Shown one piece after another: positions 15,093 to 58,214 of a stretch of DNA of 64,000 bases. The notes under the pieces were generated by a model. It did not search any database. It saw only the letters and a list, made by a program, of their open reading frames with translations, and was not told the origin of the DNA. Made by a program: the position numbers and the translations under genes. The stretch is taken from contig CM119269.1 of assembly GCA_051294375.1 (NCBI GenBank), positions 22,617,808 through 22,681,807 on the forward strand. The letters run 5' to 3'. The stretch's first letter is position 1; each line of letters opens with the position of its first letter. This DNA comes from Paraspadella gotoi. Taxonomy: Eukaryota > Animalia > Chaetognatha.

Positions 15093-18000
15093 TCACAAAT
15101 ACACGGGCGCCTCCTGTCCGGTCAACAACTTGAAGACGGTCGTGGGCATCGTCTTCAGCCTTATCACTCCGAAGCTGTTGGCGAGGATGTCGACGATCCT
15201 CTCGTGAGCGACGGCGACGATCGAGAGCCCGTCGATGTCGATGATGCGGTGACCGAACCGCAGCCCCGCCCGCTCCGCCAAGCCGCCGCGGAGCAGCGAG
15301 CAGACGACGCCATCTTGGACGGAGAATCCGAGAGGGCAGCGGATATCTGGGCGTCGGAGGCGGACCTTTGGGAAGAGGGGGGGGCGTGGCAGGATCATTT
15401 TATATGAATTGTATTGTAGTGATAAGATTATACAAGTTAAACGGTTTATAATAACATTGAATACCATGAAATTGGTACTGTCAATATAAAAAAGAAAATT
15501 TAATAAATAAGCTACTATCTTGCCCCTGACTTTGGACACTGGACAGGCTATGGTGGTTTAAGGCCTCCTTCACTCTTACAAGATAGCAGGTCCCTGCAAG
15601 CTTTCAATCAAGAATCTCCCACAGTCTCGTTTATTCACTTATTCTCTCTCAAAGTACCTTGCTTCCCTAATTAAGTGGTATAATATTTCAAGAAATGTTT
15701 CAATTGTATAAAGGACCACTCCCTTGTACGGTAGTGATCCTTTTATATGTTCAAGTGAAACAATTTATTAAAAAAATTTAATACCATTTTATTGATAGGA
15801 AAGTCGGATATTTTGGGAGTTAATCGAGACTGTCACTATTGCGTCCTAATTCTTTCACTGACCTCCAACACGGGTTGACAAGGCACAAAGACCAAAGCGA
15901 CGCGATCCCTCGTTTTCGCTTCGCGTAGCACATTTTGAGCGGAAGCCAGTGGCAGACCCACCTGAGGATTAGAGATTATTTTGATTATTGGATTTTCCAA
16001 AGGAGAATAATAAAATTGTATTTATAATTTAGTTTATAAAACAGGTATTGATTCCTATGCTTCTAAAAACTAGGATTATACACTCTCAACTAGATCCTAA
16101 GGATCATAATAAATTAACTGTTAAAATTTTTTAAATATCCGAAATTCTTCAATTCTCAAGTCCCAATTTGAGAATTTGAGACCATGAATTGACGCAAGTA
16201 CTAACTTTGCCAACTCAATATCGACAATATGCAAATGAGATTGAGAAACCCGATCTTACCAACGAGACTCCATCCACGGAAAGCAGTTGATCGCCGATGT
16301 TGAGCCTCTTAGTTTTGGCCAAAGGTCCGTTGGGCTGAAGGTTGGCCACGATGACTGTGGGGATCATCGATCCGAAGCCAGATTCGACGACGGCCACGCC
16401 CAGGGGTTCGCCTTGGGGGGGGGGGAAGGGAAGAGAAAATGGAGAGAAAGAGTTCAATTCCAGTTTTATCGTCTCTCCCGTTTTTTTTTAACCTTTTCTT
16501 TATTCTATTGCTTTTAATTTCACTTATTTATTCTATGCTTTCCCTTTTTTCTTAAAGACTGAATAAAGACTTAGTTATATCTTTTTCTCATTCTCTATCC
16601 TTTTATCTTCTTCTTTTACTCACTGTCATTTATCTCTCTCTCTTCTCTCTTTAGCTTCCTCCCTCTTCCTCTCCCTCCCTCTTGCTCTCTCTCTCTCCCT
16701 CCCTCTCCCTTCCTCCCTTCCCCTCTTCTTCTCCCTCTCACCCTTTCTCTTCCTCACAACAATCTCCTTCTGCTTTTCCTCTGAAGCAAAAAGATGTAAC
16801 TCGTCCGTAAAAATTTCTTGCGTTCTTAAGACTTCGTCGTAACTCATGTCGCCGCCGGCGGCCGGATCAGCTTTCCCGGTGGCGCGGAGGAAATCCCGGT
16901 AGGCGATCTGAAGAGTGGGAAGGGAAAGGATGATGATGATCCCTCATCAATATTTACAAATGAGTGATGACCCTCTCATCGAAACTCGGCAGTCATTCCC
17001 CGCAATTTCGTCAAGATCTTCCTTGTCCTCTTGTTCGCTCCCCCACTCTATTCCCGAACCTGTCCTCCCCAACTGTCCACGCCTTTTCCCCTCCCATCCC
17101 TCCCCAGTACTTTTCCATCCCTTTCACCCTCCCAGCCTTTTTCCCCATCCCTCTTCCCCAGCCTTTTCCCCATCCCTTTCCCCAGCCCTTTTCCCCATCC
17201 CTGTACCACTTGCCTTTCCTCCGTCCCAGATCCCTCCTGCTCGCTCAACCTGGCTCACCTGCTTGCCCTCTCACCCACCTGGCCTCCCTGCCAGGTCCTG
17301 AATTGTCTTACTCGTATATGCTCTCCTGCCCGCTTCCCTTTTCGCCATGCATGCCATCCGACCTGAAAAGCATCTCCAATCCCGACCGTGACTTCTCTCG
17401 CTTCTTCGCTCTCGAACACGTGACAGATCATCTTCTGCGGCGACGACGACGACGACGACGATGGAGACGACGACGGTTCTCGCTTGGCCATGAGTACGAC
17501 CAAGGAGCCGATGTCGGCGATGTATGAAATGCTCCTACGGCATTAAAAAAACGCAGCATTAGATGGACGTAATGGAACGGAAGGGATTTTATATTGTCGG
17601 TTATCGCTTTTGCAACTCTCACTCTTCTCCATCAATCTCTCTCTCTCTCTCCTCTCTCTCTCTCATCTCTCTCTCTCGTCTATCTCTCCTCTATTTCTTT
17701 CTTTCTTTTTTTTGTCTTTCTTTCTTCTTCTCTTCTTTCTTTCTTCTTTCTTTCTTTATTTCTTTCTTTCTTTCTTTTGTCTTCTTTTCATTTCTTTCTC
17801 TCCATCTCTCTCTCTCTCTCTCTCTTCAACTATAGCCACTCGCTCTTTTGCAACTGTCGCAAACGGAATTGATTGCGAGGCCAATGGCCTCTCCTCTCGT
17901 CTCTGCTCTCATGCCTCCTCCCTATCTCCTGCCTCTCCTCTCTCTCTCCATCTTCTGTCTCTCTTCTCTTACTCTCGTCTCACGCTCCTTCTACTTATCT

Positions 18001-21000
18001 CCGTCCTCCAAGTCGCTCATTTCCTCTTCTCATCTCGTCTCTCTCTAGGCTCATAAGCCACATTGCTCACCTAATATAATATTAATCTTCAAAATGTATA
18101 TTTATGAACTTGTTAATAAATCATTGAGACCCGCAACAACTCCATACAACAGCAAACCCCATCAAGTTATCAACCTGAGGGCGTGGTCCATCATGATCTC
18201 CTTGAGATCCAAGTCCAGCACCAGCACTCGTTCAGTCGAGACGAAGATTCTGACTTCGGTTCGAGGTTGAGATTCGCCTTCGGGGGCCTTCACTCGACCG
18301 ATGGCCTCCTGGGCCTGCATCATGCGGAGGGCCTTGGGGGGGGGGAGAGAGAGAGTGAACGGTGGACCGTCGAAAAGCCAGTTGGTTGGTTTTCTCGTTT
18401 GTTTGGTAGCTCAAATGCTTGTTGGTCGCTTGTTTGATCAGTTAGGTTTATTATTAGTTGGTTAATTAATTGATTGTTTCATCGATTGTTAGTTTGCTTG
18501 GTGGTTTGGATGGTGTTTTAATCAATTGGTTGTCTGTTGGTCTGTTTTAATATTTCGGTTGCTTGGTTTTGGTTTTTTTATTTGTAGATCGTTGGATTGA
18601 TTGGTTTTGAATTGATTGTTTGCTATATATTCATTGTTTGACTGTTTATTTGATTACTAGATCAGTCAGTTCATCGGTCGGTCAGTCCAACTCAAACCTT
18701 AGATGGTCGCCCTTCGCTCGTCAGTTGAGTCGATCCGAGATAAGAGGCAGCGTAAAGTTCTCCTTCGAGTCGATCCGGCGACTCGGATGCGGAAGCGTCT
18801 AAGGAAGCGGAGTCGGGGCCGGAGGCGGTTCGACTCTGTTGAGACGCGTTTAGTTAACAATTTAAATATTGAATTACGATGATATTAACGCGTTTTAATT
18901 AGCTAGGTTTTCTTTAAAGAAAACAGATATAAGGAGGAACTATGTAGCGAAAACAATCGTTCTTTACTTTTATTTTTAATTTGAATTTGGTTAAATATTC
19001 TTGTAGTCGGGACTACAAGCCCGACTACTACATTCGTCCTATTTTACGTATTTGGTTTGAACTTCAAATTGTAACATTAAATAATCATTTTATATAAAGC
19101 ATGGAAGTCTTCGCCACAGACAGACGGACCGACGGACAGGCTGACCGAAAGCATTAGTAATTTCAATGAGAAACGTCCGTAATATATGACAAAAAATACA
19201 AAACTCTATAATTCTCCATCCAACTTTTCTCACCTCTAAATCTCCATCTCCCCTTTCCTCTCCGACGTCAGCGCCACCTTCTTCCGCCATCTTAAGGGCG
19301 TGTCTCGCTACAGACGCCGCCGCCATCTTTAAATCCTCGACCTCTGTCGGCGGCGCCAAGAATTTCGTCCTCTCGTCGTTGTTGTCGTCGTCGTCGTCGT
19401 CTTCCTCTTCGGGCGTCGGCGACGAATCCTCGCGCCTCGGATATCGACGCACGAAACTCGCTCGTGCGTCGGCAAGCAGTGCCTCTGCCGGTGCGATTTG
19501 GGTCGACGGATTGGGAACGTCGGCGAGGGTCGGAATGTAAGCGGGTATTTGCACCGGAAGCCCAAGTATTTGTGTCGACTGTTCGGGGATTTGAATCGGC
19601 AAACCAAGCATTTGAGTCGGCAAGTCAAGCATTTGAGTCGATAGTCCCGGCATTTGCGCCGGCAAAACGATGCCCTCCGCGGCGAGAGAGTCGTTATCGG
19701 AGTCTTCAGCCGCCAAGGCCGCGTCGGTAATTGTCCCGGCAATTGCTCCGGCAACTACACCGGCAACGACTCCGGCAACGGCGTCGGCGGCGTCGTCTTC
19801 GACGGCGGGAAAATGTTCGATGATGCGGCGATGATATTCTTTGGCGACGAGGTCGTCGACGGGAAGTTGGGAGGTGTGCTTGAAGGAAGTGGAGAGGGTC
19901 GGGCCGTCGGTGAAAGGCTGCGGGGTGTGTTCGGAGGAAGTAGAGCGTGTTGAAGAGTCGACGAGAGGTTGGAAGGTACGCTTGGAGGCGTCAGAGAGAG
20001 TGGAAGAGTTCGAGAAATCGTCTTGGGCTTGTTTGGAAAAAGTGGAAGCAGTCAGGGTGTCGACGGAAGGCTGCGGGGTGTGTTCGGAGGAAAGGAGGGT
20101 CAGCGAGTCGACGAGCGCGTCCGAGGAAGAAGCTTCTATCGAAGGCCGCAACTCGTCGTCCGCGGATTTCGTCATCGTCGTCGTTTTGTCGTCATCGTCG
20201 TCGACACTTCGGTGTCCCAAGTCGGTCGTCGACGACGAACGCGTTGAGTCTTTACATCCGGGTGTCCCGGATGTTGCTGATGCTGTCGTAGATGATGTTG
20301 ATGTTGAGGTTTTCGTTGTGGCGGAATTCGATTCGTCGGTCGAAATTCGATTAATCTCGTTTCCTTCACTGATTCCAATCGAATCACTGTTTTCACTGAC
20401 TTCACTGTTTTCGTTTAGTTTGTTTTCTTTGATTTCGATGTCGTTGTTTTCTTTTCCGACTTTTTCGTCGTCGTCGTCGTCGTCGTCGTCGTCTTGTTCC
20501 CGAGATTCGATTCTTTCTTTTTTTGATTTTTCGCTCGTCGCCTTAAAAAGATTCTCCGCTGTTTGAAATTCCTTCGCTTCGAGATCCTGAATCTGCGCGC
20601 CATTTTCTCCGGACCTCCTGCGCGCCACTTTCCATCCTTGCGCGCCATTTTTCTCGACACTGCGCGCCAGCTTTGCCGTGCACTTGCGCGCACAATTTTC
20701 TTCGGACGCTGCACGCCAATTCTGACGTCTCCTTCCGGCGCGCCGAGATTGTTCTTCATCGTAGATCGTTCGATTTCCGGCGGACATTCGAAAATTTCTT
20801 CGTCGTTATCATCGTCCTTTTTATCGTCGTCGTCGTCATCGTCTCTCCCGGCGCGGAAAAAAGCGCCGGACTCTCGGCCGGCGTCGTTTTCGTCGTCGTC
20901 TTCGATGGAATCTCCGACGCCGGATTCCGGCGACGTCGGTTCTTCGACGCTCAGCTCCGATTCGCTGTTTGAGGAGACCATCGTGGGATGTTGAAGGGAG

Positions 21001-21134
21001 TCGAGTTGGGGACTGGAATCGGGATGATGGGGTGTGGAAGGGTCAAGGGTGGAATCGAGGGTCGGAGAGAATGGAGAAGACTTTGGGCAGTTGGACGATT
21101 CTTGACCGATCGAAAGAGAATCCGTGGAAGTCAT
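15093..21134 (-). CDS. X11/Mint/LIN-10 family adaptor (amyloid-beta A4 precursor protein-binding family A; PTB + 2 PDZ)
   Basis: Exons 21134-19234 (long acidic N-terminus with an apparent frameshift near 20600-20740), 18835-18698, 18332-18175, 17534-17363, 16907-16742, 16411-16260, 15961-15863, 15365-15093. PTB: [11 protein letters not shown]...[21 protein letters not shown]...[16 protein letters not shown]...[12 protein letters not shown]1: [23 protein letters not shown]2: [22 protein letters not shown]-terminus: [11 protein letters not shown]. Confidence 0.93.
15470..15730 (+). mobile_element. Interspersed repeat family A copy in the last X11 intron
   Basis: Near full-length match to 1520-1765 and to the reverse complement of 51880-52210. 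Confidence 0.8.
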
Positions 21135-21572
21135 AGCATAAAAATGTGTTTTTTTTATTTTAATACTGTTTATATTTAATTTTCCTAAAGAGAGATTTTG
21201 AAAAAAAGGACATCAAGTAAAAAAAAACAAACAAATTGATCTAACGTTTCAAAAAAATGAGTTAAATTAATATTAAATAATAAATAAATTAAGTCGGAAC
21301 GTAAACTCTTCTCTTGTGAAGACAACTCCTTCGCCAACTCCTGGATTGCGGCTGCTCCTTTAAAAACTCCCAGCTGCGCCATCGATTGTAGTAGGCTAGT
21401 AGCTACTGCTTCTTGAATTAATGGGTTGCAGCAGCTACTTAATTAATTCTTATTAACGAAATTACATCTGTTACAGCAGCCCCATCTTTAATTTCCCGTG
21501 GATTGAAGCCGCTCCGTCGCTAACTCTTTGAACATCGCCTCCTCCAGATTGCAGCTGCTCCATCTCCCCTCC

Positions 21573-51766
<30,194 letters not shown>

Positions 51767-51879
51767 CTGTTCGAAAAAGGGTAGGGCAGGGTAGGGCAGG
51801 GTAGGGCACAGGGAAACAGTTGAAACGGTTGAAATCAAACGACTTTACTGAATAAACGAGGAGTTATTTATATTGACAA

Positions 51880-52520
51880 CCAATTTCATAAAATTCAGCT
51901 CCTTGTATTTTGATGCTAGTGCGGAGTACAATAAGTATTCCCCGATCTAATACTTAAGGGAGTGGTCTTTTCATACAATTGAAACATTCTTTGAAATATT
52001 TTCCACTTCATTGATAGGGAAGCCAGGTACTCTGGGAATGAATAAACAAGACTGTGAGAGAGTCTTGATTGAAAGCTTGCAGGGACCTGCTATGTCATTA
52101 TCTTGTAAGAGTGATGGAGGCCTTAAACCACCAAAGCCTGTCCAAAGTTAGGGGCAAGATAGCTTATTTATTAAATGAATGGATAATTTTTATATTGGTT
52201 GTACCAATTTCATAAGAGTCAGCTGCTTGTATTTAGATGCGATAGTAAAATATAGTATTTCGCGATTTAATACTTTAGGGGGTGGTCGTTTAATACAATT
52301 GAAACATTCTTTGAATCATTACACTAATTCATTGATAGAGAAGGCAGATACTCGGGGAGTGAATAAACGAGAATGTGAGAGAGTCTTGATTGAAAGCTGG
52401 CAGGGACCTGCTATGTCATTATCTTGTGAGAGTGATGGAGGCCTTAAACCACCAAAGGCTGGCCAAAGTCAGGGGCAAGATTATTTATTTAATAAGATGA
52501 TAATTTTTATATTAGTTATA
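51880..52520 (-). mobile_element. Two head-to-tail copies of interspersed repeat family A (~320 bp unit)
   Basis: 51880-52205 and 52205-52520 are diverged direct repeats (ATACAATTGAAACATTCTTTGAA...GAGAGAGTCTTGATTGAAAGCT...GGCCTTAAACCACCAAAG). Confidence 0.8.
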
Positions 52521-54179
52521 TTCTATCGAATCTAACCCGCTAAGCATAATAATGACCACGGAACAGATTTTAAAGTTAATTCCAAATTAAATTTAAAGAC
52601 TGAAATCCTAAAAACCACTGTGCTGTTCGATTTTAGAACAGAACTCCACAATGATCTAAAAAAAATCAGGCGAGTCAACGAATATTGAAATTCCACTCCG
52701 ACGAGAAAAAAATCTCACTGCGATTTGGAAATGGGTTGACAATTTAAATGGCAGAATGAAATGCGCTCCATATCGTATAAAAATATAAAATAAAATATTG
52801 AATAAATTTTTTAGTAGTTCGTCGCACGTTTAATGTTACGCGTTTTTTGTTATTTAAAATTATTATTATCTTTATTTTTCGTTTTCGTTTTCTTTTTTTT
52901 TTTTTTTTAATTCCAGAATTTTCTTCTTCTTTTTTTTGCTTTCTTAGTTTTTCGTTCCATCTTGTTCCTTGTTTCTATTTTACGTCGTCATCATCGTCGT
53001 CGTCGTCATCGTCGTCGTCGTCTTTTTCAGCTGACGTCGTCCTTTTTCTCCTTTCGATTCGATGGAGTAAAAATTCGTCTTTAGCGAGATCCGGTTATTA
53101 GGCCGAGGTCGCTTTTAACGAGATTAAAAAGAGAGGACTTCGTTATTAGCGTAAACGAGTACTTTGACCACAAAGATGACCACAACGAGGACCCTAAACC
53201 ACAAAGACGACGAATAATACCACGACGACGACGACAACAACAACAACAACAACACCAGCTGTCAACATCTCTTTTCATGACGCAACAGAAAAAAAATATT
53301 CGATGCAGTAAAAATTCTTTCATTTTTTTTCATCGCCAACTTTCCCCTTTTTAGTTAAAGACGTGACATAACCGTGGCGAGCGTGGCCGGAAGTCTCGTT
53401 AAAACCGTGGCACCGGTCGTCAGGTTTCCGATAAAACCGTGACATGGGTCGTAGCGGTTTCATTAAAAAAATACAGAGAGAAAAAGAAAAGAAAACATAA
53501 TGCAAACACAATAACATTGATAGAAAAATAATTGAAATGTGTTGCGCGGTAGTGACTGCCGTATCGGGTGTGATCACATGACTGTTAAAAAGCATTCGAC
53601 CCGCGCTGCATCCGAATTCCCTCTTTTATTCTTTATACGATTTCTTAAAAAAAAAACAAAAAAACAGACGGACCGACAGACGGACCGACAGACGGACCGA
53701 CAGACGGACCGACGGACGGACCGACGGACGGACCCCCATGAGTCTCATAGAGTTGCGAGAGAAAAAAAAGAAAACAAAAATGAAAACAAATAAAAACATT
53801 GAGAAGAAAAAAAAATTAAAAAGAAACATAATAAAACAAAACAGAATTCATAAAAAGAAGAAAAAAACAAAAAAAAAAAAACAGACCGAAGTCAAAACGT
53901 CAGCTGCTTCTCTCGCCGTCGTCGGCGTCGTCGTCGTCATCGTCGTCGGCGTCGTCGTCTCCTCCATCATTGATGTTTAAAGAATTTGATGTCGAGAATC
54001 GATGATGTAGAACCGTTGATGCAGAAGCTGTCGTTTAGTTAAAAATTTGTTTATCAAGTTTGTATTTATTTTGTTAGTGTTTTGTTATTTAACTTTATTT
54101 TCGGTGGAAAGAATTCGATGTTTTTTATTGACTTGAAAATATGCGGTTTTTATCGATAGTATCTACTCTGGGCGGTAAG

Positions 54180-54590
54180 AAATGGTCAGTCTAGATGGCG
54201 AGAGCGCAATCGTCAGATGACTAGATGGCAAAAAGTCAAGCTCGGTTGGCAAGAAAGATGAATTAGCAAGACGGCGCGAATGGCAAGCTGAGATGGCGAT
54301 AACGCTATAAAAAGTAAACTCAGCTGGCAAGGAAGCTGAGTACTAGCGAGGATGGCGAGCAATCAAGTAGCAATGAGGGCACGAATGGAAGACTGAGATG
54401 GCGAGAAAGCTAAAATAGGCAAGCACGGATGGCGAGAAAGCTAAAAAGGAAAGCTTGGCGACAAGAAATCTGAATTAGCAAGCCGAGACGGCGAGCTAGC
54501 TGAAGTTGCAAGCTAGGATAGCAAGACGGTACGATGGCAAGTTCTTATGGTGAGACGGTACATATGGCAAGCTCTGATGGCGTTAGGCTC
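54180..54590 (+). repeat. Degenerate minisatellite (AGATGGCGAG/GGCAAGCT)
   Basis: Recurring GATGGC(G/A)AG and AAGCT units. Confidence 0.6.
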
Positions 54591-54764
54591 ACTCCGTTAA
54601 ACGTGGCCGGCGAAGTTTTTCCTCAGTCGAAAAAAGTTTTCGCTTTTTTTGGCTGTTGAGTCCGGAGATTATGTTGTTCGACACTGGTGATCGTCAATCA
54701 TCATCATCATCATCATCATCATCCATCATCTTCACCCCTCCTCTTCATAGACCGCGCGCCCTCG

Positions 54765-54839
<75 letters not shown>

Positions 54840-54890
54840 TGCGGAAAATCGGAGGAGGGGGTTTTTTCGTGGGTTGAGCCAAATTTAGTA

Positions 54891-54966
<76 letters not shown>

Positions 54967-55253
54967 CGCTTTTTATTATTCATTAATATCAAATTCCATA
55001 TTAAGAAAACGATTTAAATCAATAGCTATCACTATGGTATTACAATTAAAAAAATAAATCCTTTAAACAACCAAGTAACCAATCTATATTATTATATAAT
55101 TATAATCTTTCCAATTCATCAAAATCAATCAATCAATCAATTCAAACGAATTTCACTATCGACTCTCAGACAGTAACTGATGTCTCAAGTAAAACCGAAG
55201 ATTTTAGAAAAATCTGGCGAAGGAATTTTATCTGGAAACGAAAAACTCATTTT

Positions 55254-55497
55254 GGCTCTATTTTTCAAAAGCGCTTCATATCACTTTCTTGATTCCTGAT
55301 TATAATTTAATTATGTTCTAATTCCTGAGCTTAATCCTTGACCCTTAACCCTAATGAGTAACTACTCAACCTAATCTATAACCTTAAATCTTAATCTCTT
55401 AATCTTATCCTTAATAATCCTTAACATAATCTTTAACCTAAAAATAACCTAATTCCGAATTGAAAGGGAAACAAGGCGGTCTGGGAAAATAAGGCCC
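55254..55497. mobile_element. MITE family B copy
   Basis: GGCTCTATTTTTCAAAAGCGCTTCATATC and GAAACAAGGCGGTCTGGGAAAATAAGGCC flank a CCTTAA/CCCTAA core. Confidence 0.62.
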
Positions 55498-55935
55498 TCA
55501 GCTTTTTGGTTGGAATCCAGTGATTGATTCTTATATGTGAACGTGGTGGTCTGGTAGGGAGTGAATTAACGTGACTGTGAAAGAGTCTACATTGAAAGCT
55601 TGCATGGGCCTGGCATGTTAATATCTTGTAAGAGGGAGGAAAGTCTTAACCAACTAAAGCCTGTTCAAATTAAGCTTGTTTAATATTAAAAATATTTTAA
55701 AACAAGTTTGAGCAAACAATGTCGGAGATGCCCACGATCATTATCGGTAATTAATTAATAAATAATTAATTAATTAATTTGATACGAAATGTTTGTTTTC
55801 ATTATTTAATTGACTAATTATTAATTAATTAATTGACTAATTGATTAATTAACTGATTAATTATTTGATTAATTAATACATCTTGCATTTACATTAATAT
55901 AAAAAGAAAAAGAAGCATAATTAACTAGTGAAACA

Positions 55936-56254
55936 GGTTTTTTTCCATTTTAAACTCATTTCCACTCAAACGATTCCATCGAAACTTTATTTCCAGCTTT
56001 AATCACAACTTTCCTACCCACATACAAAATTCCAGGTCAATCGCCCCATCAACTCATGAGCAATTGGTGTTCAAATAGTGAAATATAGTTTTTTTTGTTT
56101 TTTTCCATTTTAACTCATTTCCACTCAACGATTCCATCGAAACTTCATATCCAGTTCAATCACACACTTCCCTACTCCACACAAAATTTCATTCTAATCC
56201 ATCCATCCAATCACGAGTAATTGGTGGTTTTTGTTAAGTTGGGAGTGACGGATG

Positions 56255-56289
<35 letters not shown>

Positions 56290-56440
56290 GACAGACATCA
56301 TTTTTTTTGCATAATTTATCATAATTCGATGTTCTGACATGATATAAGTTAATGCCCGACAAGATTGAGGGGCGCGGACCGACGACCGACAAAGTGAATT
56401 ATAGAGTCGGGATCTGCTGAAAGCAGATCCGACTAAAAAA
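55936..56440. mobile_element. Helentron/DINE-1-like element (family C) with a terminal stem-loop
   Basis: Two internal repeats, a (GACA/GACG)n microsatellite, the conserved block and the hairpin AGTCGG(G)ATCTGCT-GAA-AGCAGATCCGACT, followed by an A-run. Confidence 0.65.
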
Positions 56441-56714
56441 GTAATCCATTCATTTAATGAACAATGTTTAATTTAAAAATTTGGTAGTACCAATTTTACA
56501 CTTGTAGTCGATTAACTTTTAGTTTGTAGGAAAACTTGCAGAGGGAGAAAAGAGAGACCGAGAAAGAGAGAAGGAGAGGGGAGAGCGAAAGTGAGAGAGT
56601 GAGAGAGAAAGAGAGAAGAGAGAGAGAGAGAAGAGAGATATGATAAACGGTGCCGTAAGGGGAAGAAGGGGAAGAGAGAAGAAGAGAGGTCAAGGGTCAG
56701 AGGTCAATGCGCGG

Positions 56715-56765
<51 letters not shown>

Positions 56766-57302
56766 CGAGGAGAGAGATCGAGAAGAGCAGAGAGAGAGAA
56801 GTCAGGGGTCAAAGGGGAACGCGGAGCGGCGCGGATTCTTGCCTTTGATGGCCTCCGCTCACTCTCTTCTGCGCTTTTCGTTCGGGTCGCGGCGCAAAGG
56901 AATGGCCCCACGCGCCGCTCTCGCGCCCCGGGAAACGCCCGCAGCACTCTCACGCACCGACGCACGGCCCCGGAACCCGCACGCCAGAGGAGAGAACGCC
57001 CAGCACGGGAGAAGGAGAGAGCGCGGAGCGGAGACCCCGCACCGCCACGCCCACCACACGCGCACGCTCGCGCCGCAACTGCGATAGACGCACGGGGTCG
57101 AGCAGGCCCCGAAGAAGAAACCACCCAACCACACCCAAAACCGCCACCGCCACCCCGCCCCCCCACCAGCACAGCCCCACGAGCCCGCCAACAGCACGAG
57201 ACCGGCTTGGGCAGACGTGCCACGCCCGACCCGGAACCGAGGGCGCGCCAAGGGAGGAAGAGACGAAAAGGAAGGGAGAGAGATGAGGGAGAGAAGGTGT
57301 GG

Positions 57303-57333
<31 letters not shown>

Positions 57334-57479
57334 GAGAGAGGAGAGAAGAGAGAGAGGAGAGAGAGGAGGACGGAGACGGAAGGGAGAAAGAGGAAAACGG
57401 AAATGGAGGGGGGGAAATGAAAAATGTGCGGATTGAGTCTAAATTCGGAAGGAATAAAAAGTTGGGGAGATTTATGGCT

Positions 57480-57711
57480 CAAGATTTGTAGTCTAAGATT
57501 TTTGGCCCAAGATTTAAGAGTAAAGATTTGTAGTCTAAGATTTTTGGCCCAAGATTTAAGAGTAAAGATTTGTAGTCTAAGATTTTTGGCCCAAGATTTA
57601 AGAGTAAAAATTTGTAGTCTAAGATTTTTGGCCCAAGATTTAAGAGTAAAGATTTTTAGTCTAAGATTTTTGGTCCAAGATTTAAGAGTAAAGATTTGTA
57701 GTCTAAGATTT
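57480..57711 (+). repeat. Near-perfect 42 bp tandem repeat, ~5.5 copies
   Basis: Unit AAGATTTGTAGTCTAAGATTTTTGGCCCAAGATTTAAGAGTA, itself built from three 14 bp AAGATTT subunits. Confidence 0.92.
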
Positions 57712-58214
57712 AACGTCGGAGATTTGCAGATCAAGAACCATCTCTTGCGATGTCTCATCATTTCTTCTTAGCCAAAACCTTTTTACTATGAGTGTTAACT
57801 AATTAACAACTGTTTTTTTGTCTATCTTAATTTCATTCGCTTTTTCTGTCATACTTAATGTTAACTTTACAATATTTATTCTTTACTTGAAATTGTCTAA
57901 AAAGTTAAATTTGTGATCTAATTAAAAAAAATGTGACCAAATGAATTAGAATGTAAACAGTTTTAAAACGTTTATTCTTTATTGTGTGAAAATTTGACAC
58001 AAAAGTCTCGGATACTAATTGTTTATGTTGTATTATTACCATTATTATATATTTAATTATTTATGATAGTCGGCTGGGTGAATTAACTACTGTAAGTGAG
58101 TTAAGAGATCACAAAACGGTAAAATTCAACAAAAATGAATTGTCTATAAGCAGAATAGTGATCTAGTTAGTTGTACAAACGTCAATACGAAGGTAAAGAA
58201 AGCAAATTGTATTA

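Noticed and set aside
16915-18079. Many Pro/Ser/Leu/Phe-rich ORFs
   Set aside because: These are pyrimidine-rich low-complexity X11 introns read on the opposite strand.
52715-52771. Possible first coding exon (MERISFCHLNCQPISKS) of the TPR gene
   Set aside because: The GTGAGA donor is phase 2 in the ATG frame, but the next exon needs phase 0.
57480-57711. Regular repeats that might be a CRISPR array
   Set aside because: The units are contiguous near-identical 42-mers with no unique spacers and no cas genes, in a eukaryotic context; this is a minisatellite.
56640-57761. 283 aa and 300 aa ORFs
   Set aside because: They are built from AG microsatellite, a probable low-quality GC segment and the 42 bp tandem repeat.
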